Assembly: GCA_001786805.1 (NCBI GenBank)
Contig: MFTJ01000009.1
Span: forward strand, 13,263 to 45,560
Direction: 5' to 3'
Source of the DNA: Candidatus Nomurabacteria bacterium RIFCSPHIGHO2_01_FULL_39_10
Lineage (GTDB): Bacteria > Patescibacteriota > Minisyncoccia > Phycocordibacterales > UBA9973
DNA: 32,298 nt
A program made the position numbers and the translations under genes. This document shows positions 10,358 to 16,274 of the stretch, piece by piece; position 1 is the stretch's first letter; each line of letters starts with the position of its first letter. The notes below the pieces were generated by a model. That model was not told the DNA's origin, ran no database searches, and worked only from the letters and a program-made list of their open reading frames with translations.

Positions 10358-10660
10358 TTAAATCTTTTGAAATGACTGCAGGAATTTGACGAAGGTCTTG
10401 CCATACGGAGAAAGCGCGTGTTCCACAAATTTACCGCGATATTTTTTATTCACCAACCCCGCCACAGACAGTCTCCGCGTATGCTCGCCAAGAGTTTTTT
10501 CGTTCGCATCGAGAGCTGTAACAATATCATCCAGTGTTGCCCCATCATTGCCAGCAATAAATAACAAAATTCTGATCCGATGATGATTAGCCATCCCCTT
10601 CAAGTGCCGCTCCATTTGTTTCGCTGTTTTTATTTTTGCCATAGTTCTATTATACGCCAT
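10358..10660 (-). CDS. ArsR/SmtB-type winged-helix transcriptional regulator (100 aa)
   Basis: HHRIRILLFIAGNDGATLDDIVTALDANEKTLGEHTRRLSVAGLVNKKYRGKFVEHALSPYG is a typical ArsR HTH plus wing. Confidence 0.75.
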   Translation of the reverse strand: MAYNRTMAKIKTAKQMERHLKGMANHHRIRILLFIAGNDGATLDDIVTALDANEKTLGEHTRRLSVAGLVNKKYRGKFVEHALSPYGKTFVKFLQSFQKI

Positions 10661-10690
10661 ATCCTTACATTCTCAAGTTTATAAGGATGT
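10659..10690. promoter_or_regulatory. imperfect palindrome abutting the ArsR-type start codon; candidate operator
   Basis: ATATCCTTACATTCTCAAGTTTATAAGGATGT matches the 10322-10353 hairpin at 25 of 32 positions in the same orientation. It lies between the predicted -10 (10717-10722) and the ATG. Confidence 0.35.
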
Positions 10691-10716
10691 TATTGTGTTG
10701 GTCTACCTCTTTCTAT

Positions 10717-10746
10717 ATTATATCAAAAATCTAGTTTTTTAGTAAA
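10717..10746 (-). promoter_or_regulatory. candidate sigma70-type promoter for the ArsR-type gene
   Basis: The minus strand reads TTTACT - 18 nt - TGaTATAAT (extended -10), about 55 nt upstream of the ATG. Confidence 0.4.
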
Positions 10747-10778
10747 ATTTATGCTATAAATTAAGTGTTTTCAGATAT

Positions 10779-10852
10779 TGGGAGGTCGTCTAACGGTAGG
10801 ACCGTAGCCTTTGAAGCTATTAATTTTGGTTCGATTCCAAACCTCCCAGCCA
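10779..10852 (+). tRNA. tRNA-Gln (anticodon UUG), CCA encoded
   Basis: Manual cloverleaf: acceptor TGGGAGG/CCTCCCA with U1-A72 and discriminator G73 (as in bacterial tRNA-Gln), anticodon arm GTAGC-CTTTGAA-GCTAT, T arm TTTGG-TTCGATT-CCAAA, and a 3' CCA. Confidence 0.9.
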
Positions 10853-10868
10853 AATACACAATACAAAA

Positions 10869-11939
10869 CTATTTTTTGCCGAGAATTTTTACCAGCGCAA
10901 GTTCTAGCGGCAGTTCGGAGATGAAGGCATTATCTATGTTTTGATAGGCTTCAAGAAGGATGGCGAGCGCGGGAGAGCGGAGCATTCCTGCGGTGTCGGC
11001 TTTAACTAAGCCTTGCAGAAATTCTAAATCAGCTTCTGATAAATCCCCTGCCATGGATTCTTTTAATTTTGGCGCGTAGCGCAAGATTATTGCCATGCGG
11101 AATTTAGTGACTATTAGTTTCAGATACAATTTCATATCCAGATTTTCTTCGGATGCTTTACGAACAGCAGAAATTCCTTTCTCTATATTTTTTTCGGCGA
11201 TGGCGGAAATAAAATCATTCACCAAAATTGTTTTCGGCGCGCCGGTGATTTTTTCTACATCTTCTCTAGTGATTTTTTTAGACTTCTCCCCAACCCTCCC
11301 CTTACTAAGGGGAGGGTGAAAGAAGTTCAAAACTTTTTGCAGTTCACCCAGCGCGTCGCGGAATGAACCATCAGCCAAAATGGCCAGAAGTTCCGCCGAA
11401 CCGCCGTCTAAATCAAAACCTTCTTCCTTGGCGACGTCAATCAGCATTTTTCGGCAGACTGCGTCGGAAGCTTTTTTAAATGTGAAAACTTGGCAGCGGG
11501 AAATTATTGTTTCTGGAACTTTTTGCAGCTCGGTCGTAGCTAAAATAAAGATGACATGCTTCGGCGGCTCTTCAAGAGTTTTTAAGAGCGCTCCCCAAGC
11601 GTCCTTTGAAAGCATATGCACTTCGTCTATTATGTATGTTTTAAACTTAGAGTCGAACGGTAGAACTCTCACTGCCTCTCGCAACTCTTTTATATTTTCA
11701 ATTCCTCTGTTTGACGCGGCATCTATCTCATACATGTCGTTTGCCGATACGCCGATACTGGCGGCGAAAATACGCGCCACAGAAGTCTTGCCTGTCCCCC
11801 GCGAGCCGACAAAAAGGTAAGCGTGGGAGACTTTATTTGTCTTTACAGAACTCTCCAAAACATCCACAATATGGTCCTGTCCCAAGACTTCCTTGAATGT
11901 TTTCGGGCGGTATTTTCTATATAATGCTAAATCGTGCAT
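10869..11939 (-). CDS. dnaX: DNA polymerase III gamma/tau subunit, short form (356 aa)
   Basis: AAA+ clamp-loader motifs are present: HAYLFVGSRGTGKTS (Walker A), IIDEVHML (Walker B) and SRCQ (sensor). There are no tau C-terminal domains, and a tRNA follows the stop. Confidence 0.9.
   Translation of the reverse strand: MHDLALYRKYRPKTFKEVLGQDHIVDVLESSVKTNKVSHAYLFVGSRGTGKTSVARIFAASIGVSANDMYEIDAASNRGIENIKELREAVRVLPFDSKFKTYIIDEVHMLSKDAWGALLKTLEEPPKHVIFILATTELQKVPETIISRCQVFTFKKASDAVCRKMLIDVAKEEGFDLDGGSAELLAILADGSFRDALGELQKVLNFFHPPLSKGRVGEKSKKITREDVEKITGAPKTILVNDFISAIAEKNIEKGISAVRKASEENLDMKLYLKLIVTKFRMAIILRYAPKLKESMAGDLSEADLEFLQGLVKADTAGMLRSPALAILLEAYQNIDNAFISELPLELALVKILGKK
11286..11318. repeat. 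family-A GC-rich hairpin repeat, in frame inside dnaX
   Basis: CTCCCCAACCCTCCCCTTACTAAGGGGAGGGTG contains 11-bp perfect arms (11294-11304 / 11306-11316). It is translated as HPPLSKGRVGE. Confidence 0.8.
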
Positions 11940-11978
11940 GCGGGCATTTTACCATAAAACTCTTTCTTGGCATACTTT

Positions 11979-13013
11979 TTATAAAGCAATAAATTCTCTA
12001 ACAATTTCTTCTACTTGGCTAGCGTTTTCTGTTTCCATTAATTTCATTCGTAACTCTTTTGCTCCATCAAAGCCGTTCACATACGCTTTGTAATGCTTTT
12101 TCATTGTGGCAAAATTCTTTCCGCCGGCTGGCGGACCACCGAGCATTTTTTCAAAAAGCTTTGTGTGTTCTACCATGACTTCCAGTTTGTGTTTTACCCC
12201 CTCTCCTTTATAAGGAGAGGGCTGGGGTGAGGTGTGTTTAGCGAATAGCCAAGGATTCCCAAAAATTGCTCTGCCCAGCATCACTCCATCGCAGCCAGTT
12301 TCAAGACACTTCCTCCTTGCGTCGTCAGTGCTTACAATATCTCCATTTCCTAAAATTAAAGTATCTACCCCCATCTCATCGCGAATTTCCACAATTCTTT
12401 TCATTAAGTCCCAATGGGCAGGTACATCAGACATTTCTTTTCGAGTGCGTAAATGGACGGTAAGAGCCGCTAAATTTTCTCCAAGTAAAGTTTTTATCCA
12501 CTCTTCATCTAATAAATAATTTTCATTTTTACTTGCCCGTCCGAAGCTTTTGGGCGTAGGTGGGTTGTATCCAATACGAGTTTTCACCGAAATAGGCAAT
12601 CCGCCTCCGCTTTCTATCGCTGCTCGAATCACTTCTCGTGCCAGTTTTGGATTTTTTATCATTGCCGCGCCGGAGCATTGTTTTTCTACCGCCTTGTCCG
12701 GACAGCCCATATTTATATCTATGCCATCGAAACCAAACTCACGGCAGAGGGCGGATGCTGTCCTAATATTTTCTACATTTGAACCGAATACTTGCGCCAC
12801 TATCGGTCTTTCGTTTTCGCCGTACTTGAGGTCAATTAAAAGTTTCTCTCGCGCTATAGAATGAGCAAGTCCATCGGCAGACACAAATTCCGTCCAAAAA
12901 ATATCCGGTTTTCCATATTTTGCGATGATTTGCCGAAAAGCGCAGTCGGTGACATCAGCCATCGGCGCCAGACAGAGAATTGGTTTTTTAAGTTTTTGCC
13001 AAAAGTTTTTCAT
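11979..13013 (-). CDS. dus: tRNA-dihydrouridine synthase
   Basis: LAPMADVTDCAFRQI, GFDGIDINMGCP and TVHLRTR are Dus family blocks. Confidence 0.88.
   Translation of the reverse strand: MKNFWQKLKKPILCLAPMADVTDCAFRQIIAKYGKPDIFWTEFVSADGLAHSIAREKLLIDLKYGENERPIVAQVFGSNVENIRTASALCREFGFDGIDINMGCPDKAVEKQCSGAAMIKNPKLAREVIRAAIESGGGLPISVKTRIGYNPPTPKSFGRASKNENYLLDEEWIKTLLGENLAALTVHLRTRKEMSDVPAHWDLMKRIVEIRDEMGVDTLILGNGDIVSTDDARRKCLETGCDGVMLGRAIFGNPWLFAKHTSPQPSPYKGEGVKHKLEVMVEHTKLFEKMLGGPPAGGKNFATMKKHYKAYVNGFDGAKELRMKLMETENASQVEEIVREFIAL
12120..12135. repeat. family-C 16-nt near-palindrome, in frame inside dus (encodes PPAGG)
   Basis: The plus strand reads TCCGCCGGCTGGCGGA. Its reverse complement TCCGCCAGCCGGCGGA matches the miaA copy at 23481-23496 at 15 of 16 positions. 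Confidence 0.7.
12197..12234. repeat. family-A GC-rich hairpin repeat, in frame inside dus
   Basis: The minus strand reads CACCTCACCCCAGCCCTCTCCTTATAAAGGAGAGGGGG, nearly identical to the copy at 27612-27650. It has a 10-bp stem and is translated as TSPQPSPYKGEGV. Confidence 0.85.
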
Positions 13014-13018
13014 AATTC

Positions 13019-13112
13019 AAGACAAGACGCAAAGAATTTCTTGAAACTGCGCCCTCGAAGTCTTAAGGACAGGGGACCCACACGTTTCTTAAAATTCTTT
13101 GCGTCTTGTCTT
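13019..13112. repeat. 21-bp perfect inverted repeat with 52-nt spacer, filling the ftsQ-dus intergenic region
   Basis: AAGACAAGACGCAAAGAATTT (13019-13039) pairs with AAATTCTTTGCGTCTTGTCTT (13092-13112). There is extra GAAAC/GTTTC pairing inside. The repeat starts 5 nt from the dus ATG and ends 2 nt from the ftsQ-like stop. Confidence 0.85.
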
Positions 13113-13114
13113 TC

Positions 13115-13954
13115 TTAGCGGAATTTAAAATATACCTTATTCCCAAACCTTAGGTCAATGTATTCCAAAGACGCGTATTTATTTTTGAAATTTGATTTCA
13201 TAGGTTCGGTGGAAAGCGCCACTTGTAGATTTTCCGCCACCGTTTCAAAATCAGCATCAGCTTTAAAAACTATCTCCGGTTTTGTTGACAACGAATTTTC
13301 CGGAGAAAGCAACATCTTGATATTTTTATTCTCTCCTATAAAAAAAGCCGCCGGTTTTAATCCCATAACTTCCGATGTTTTTTTAAATGAAATTAATTTA
13401 TCAAAATTCACTTGAGACAAATCGGCTCCATAGAATTTAAAATAAACTTCTCCGGAAAAATAAGGAGATTCGTCAAACATATAACCGGAGCTGTCCAGAA
13501 AATTGCATTTTGGTTTCTCCTCGCTTTCTCCCTCCGGCGGAGTATTTCCGCACCATACATATGATGCCACTCTTTCAGTCACGGCAATTTCCAAAGTTTT
13601 TGTGTCTTTTAAAGAAAGATTTATATCTTTTAGCCTCTTCAATTCCTTCCTTAATTCATTCTCTATGTCGCTTTTCGGATAAAGCAGTATGTTTGTCTTT
13701 GGAAAGAACCAAAGATATTTTTCCGCAATCTTTTTTTCCGCAATCTTTTTTATTGCTTCGGCTTCCAGAAATTTATTGCCGGTTATTGTTACCGTATTGA
13801 TATTCAAACTAAAAATGCGCGAAATATAAACTAGTCCTCCAAAAACAAGGGCAATTACTGTAAGAGAAAGGAAAATTTTTAACAAGACAACTCTTTGTCT
13901 TTGCTTTTTTAGCCCTAAAAGACGCGGAGAATTTAAAACGTCTCGTTTTTTCAT
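13115..13954 (-). CDS. ftsQ: FtsQ/DivIB-like cell division protein (N-terminal TM plus POTRA)
   Basis: A basic N-terminus is followed by one TM segment (LLKIFLSLTVIALVFGGLVYI) and then a POTRA-like block (INTVTITGNKFLEAEAIKK). Sequence similarity is weak, so the assignment rests on architecture. Confidence 0.55.
   Translation of the reverse strand: MKKRDVLNSPRLLGLKKQRQRVVLLKIFLSLTVIALVFGGLVYISRIFSLNINTVTITGNKFLEAEAIKKIAEKKIAEKYLWFFPKTNILLYPKSDIENELRKELKRLKDINLSLKDTKTLEIAVTERVASYVWCGNTPPEGESEEKPKCNFLDSSGYMFDESPYFSGEVYFKFYGADLSQVNFDKLISFKKTSEVMGLKPAAFFIGENKNIKMLLSPENSLSTKPEIVFKADADFETVAENLQVALSTEPMKSNFKNKYASLEYIDLRFGNKVYFKFR
13721..13750. repeat. perfect 15-bp tandem duplication inside the ftsQ-like gene
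   Basis: TTCCGCAATCTTTTT occurs twice in tandem and gives the peptide KKIAEKKIAEK. Confidence 0.9.
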
Positions 13955-13959
13955 CTTAT

Positions 13960-15270
13960 TTATTTTATGAATTCTTTCCCTCCCATGTATTTTTTAAGAA
14001 CTTCGGGAATTTTTATGGAACCGTCTGCTTGCTGATAGTTTTCAATGATGGCAATCAACATTCTGCCTATGGCGACAACTGTGGCATCGTTCATATGCAC
14101 AGGCTCAATTTTCCCGTCGGCTCTGCGCACTCGAGTATTTAGTCGACGAGACTGAAATCCGCCGGTGGAATCCGAACTGTGAGTTTCCCTGTATTTATTT
14201 TGTCCGGGCATCCATGTTTCCACATCAATTTGCCTATTATCCGGAAAACCCATGTCCCCAGTAGAGACAGCCACGATTTGATACGGAAGTTTTAAAAGCT
14301 GTAGGACATATTCTTGAATTGCCACCAAGAAATTTTGCTCCTGCATGGAATTTTCTGGCAGAGAGAAAACTTCCATTTCCAGCTTATCAAACTGATGCTG
14401 GCGCAGAATTCCGTTTGTGTCCTTGCCGGCCGCTCCGGCTTCCCTTCTAAAAGCGGTTGAATATCCCGCGTAGCGTATCGGCAGGTCTTTCTCTTCAAAA
14501 ATTTTATTCATATGCATTGAACCCAAAGTGTGTTCGGCGCTGCCGATGAGCATCAGGTCATCGTTTGGAAACATATAATGATCTTCGGGAGTCATATAGC
14601 GCGCCATTTTTACCTGCACCAGCGGGCGGATAAAAACCGGAGGTATCACGGGCAAGAAAACCGAAGGGTTTACGGAAATATTCGCGTCTTTTGCGATTTT
14701 CTCCAGTGTTTCCTTGTTTGTTAAAATTTCCAAACACATTTGTATTAAAGCAAACTGCATTATCACCAAGTCGCCTTTTAGGTATGAATATCTTGCTCCA
14801 GAAATTTCGCCGGCTGTATCTGTGTCAATTATCCCCAAAGCTTTTCCAATTTCGTAATGTTCTTTTGGGGTAAAAGAAAATTGCGGTTTGTCTCCGGAGC
14901 TTCGCAGTACTTTGTTTGCGGTTTCATCGTTACCTTCGGGCGTGTCTACAGACGGGATGTTTGGTATTTTGAGCATCATCTTCTGCCATTCTTCTATTAC
15001 TTTCTTCAAGTTTTCTTCTTTTGATTTTATTTCTTCCTTGACCACCCGCATCTCTTCAATTAGCTGAATTTTCAGCGCAGGATTTTGGTCGCGGACTATG
15101 TTATTGGAAACTTTGTTTACCTCCGCGCGCAGAGCCTCTATTTCTTTGAGAAGCCTCAGGCGCTCATCATCAAGAATAATCAGCTTCTCTATATCAATCT
15201 TCACGCGCTTCTTTTCCGCCCCCGCCTGCACGATGTCTTTGTTTTCACGAATGAATTTTATGTCTAGCAT
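13960..15270 (-). CDS. serS: seryl-tRNA synthetase
   Basis: MLDIKFIRENKD opens an N-terminal coiled-coil arm. Class II motifs follow (FRREAGAAGKDTNGILRQHQF, GDMGF). Confidence 0.93.
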   Translation of the reverse strand: MLDIKFIRENKDIVQAGAEKKRVKIDIEKLIILDDERLRLLKEIEALRAEVNKVSNNIVRDQNPALKIQLIEEMRVVKEEIKSKEENLKKVIEEWQKMMLKIPNIPSVDTPEGNDETANKVLRSSGDKPQFSFTPKEHYEIGKALGIIDTDTAGEISGARYSYLKGDLVIMQFALIQMCLEILTNKETLEKIAKDANISVNPSVFLPVIPPVFIRPLVQVKMARYMTPEDHYMFPNDDLMLIGSAEHTLGSMHMNKIFEEKDLPIRYAGYSTAFRREAGAAGKDTNGILRQHQFDKLEMEVFSLPENSMQEQNFLVAIQEYVLQLLKLPYQIVAVSTGDMGFPDNRQIDVETWMPGQNKYRETHSSDSTGGFQSRRLNTRVRRADGKIEPVHMNDATVVAIGRMLIAIIENYQQADGSIKIPEVLKKYMGGKEFIK

Positions 15271-15308
15271 ATTTATATTATATATGAAAGTTGTTATAAT
15301 TACAAAAG

Positions 15309-15364
15309 AACCTCACCCTAGCCCTCTCCTTGTCAAGGAGAGGGTGCCAAAGGCGGGTGAGGTG
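15309..15364. repeat. family-A repeat, full-length nested-hairpin copy (intergenic, serS/dprA divergent region)
   Basis: AACCTCACCC-TAG-CCCTCTCCTT-GTC-AAGGAGAGGG-TGCCAAAGGC-GGGTGAGGTG. The outer arms are CCTCACCC/GGGTGAGG and the inner arms are a 10-bp perfect stem. Confidence 0.85.
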
Positions 15365-15370
15365 AATTTT

Positions 15371-16234
15371 ATGAAAATAAAAAAATTATCAAATGACAAA
15401 TTTCCCAAAGCGCTTTTAGAAATTCCGCAGCCTCCCCAAAATCTTTGGATAATCGGCGAATTACCGAAAGAAGAAAATTTAATATATTTGTCTGTTGTCG
15501 GTTCGCGCAAATTCACATCATACGGACGCGAAGCTTGTGAAAAAATTATTGCGGGTTTGAAAGGTTATCCGATAGTAATTGTTTCAGGCTTTGCTATGGG
15601 CATAGACACTATAGCGCATAAAAAAGCGATGCAAGTCGGACTCACTACAATAGTTTTCCCCGGTTCGGGTCTTTCTGACGAAGCAATTTATCCGAAAACA
15701 AATGTGCGGCTTATGAATGAAGTGGTTGAATCAGGCGGGTGTTTAATTTCAGAATTTGAGCCTGATTTCAAGGCAACTCAATGGGGTTTTCCAATGCGCA
15801 ATCGTCTCATGGCTGGAATTTCAAAAGCTGTCTTAATAATAGAAGCAGAAGAAAGGTCTGGCACTCTTATTACCGCGAGGCTGACAACAGAATACAACAG
15901 AGATTTGTTGGTTGTGCCAGGTTCTATTTTCTCTTCTAATTCAAAAGGAACAAACAGACTGCTCAAGGCTGGCGCAACTCCTGTCACCTGTTCAGAAGAT
16001 GTTCTTGAAGCACTAGGTTTTGAATTACCTAAAGACGAAGAAAAACAAAAAAGACTTTTTGAAAATTTGTCACCCGAAGAAAAAAAAGTTACAGATTTAC
16101 TTCATGAGCCGATAGGGAGAGACGATTTGATTCGCGCTATGAAGATGCCGATTCCGACAGCTAACGCGATACTTTCCGTCATGGAAATAAAAGGGCTTAT
16201 TAAGGAAGAAATGGGAGAAATAAGATTAGCGTAA
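15371..16234 (+). CDS. dprA: DNA processing protein DprA/Smf
   Basis: The conserved core is SGFAMGIDTIAHKKAM...ERSGTLITAR, with a C-terminal winged-helix tail. I chose the ATG at 15371 (MKIKKLS), preceded by GAGGTG at SD distance. The track ORF from 15098 is an antisense-to-serS extension. Confidence 0.85.
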   Translation: MKIKKLSNDKFPKALLEIPQPPQNLWIIGELPKEENLIYLSVVGSRKFTSYGREACEKIIAGLKGYPIVIVSGFAMGIDTIAHKKAMQVGLTTIVFPGSGLSDEAIYPKTNVRLMNEVVESGGCLISEFEPDFKATQWGFPMRNRLMAGISKAVLIIEAEERSGTLITARLTTEYNRDLLVVPGSIFSSNSKGTNRLLKAGATPVTCSEDVLEALGFELPKDEEKQKRLFENLSPEEKKVTDLLHEPIGRDDLIRAMKMPIPTANAILSVMEIKGLIKEEMGEIRLA

Positions 16235-16274
16235 TTTGCTAAAAAATTATGTTTCGTGTAATACTTAGCCTTGC

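Noticed and set aside
10210-10428. 72-aa minus-strand ORF overlapping the 3' end of the ArsR-type gene
   Set aside because: It overlaps a well-supported CDS in another frame and reads through the 14-bp hairpin, so it is probably spurious.
10732-10760. Candidate promoter for tRNA-Gln (TAGTTT - 17 nt - TATAAA)
   Set aside because: The -35 is poor, and the -10 lies 18 nt from the mature 5' end, unlike the clean 8-9 nt spacing of the other two tRNA promoters. The evidence is too weak to list as a feature.
13019-13112. The inverted-repeat element considered as SRP (4.5S) RNA
   Set aside because: The length and hairpin shape fit superficially. However, I could not find the conserved domain IV motifs (GGAA tetraloop with flanking AGCA/symmetric loop) on either strand.
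15098-15370. N-terminal 91-aa extension of the dprA track ORF
   Set aside because: It runs antisense through the serS 5' end and through the family-A repeat. The ATG at 15371 has a GAGGTG SD-like sequence and yields a normal DprA N-terminus.
15271-15370. Possible T-box leader upstream of serS
   Set aside because: The region is only 100 nt and is largely occupied by the family-A repeat. No specifier-loop or T-box sequence is evident.
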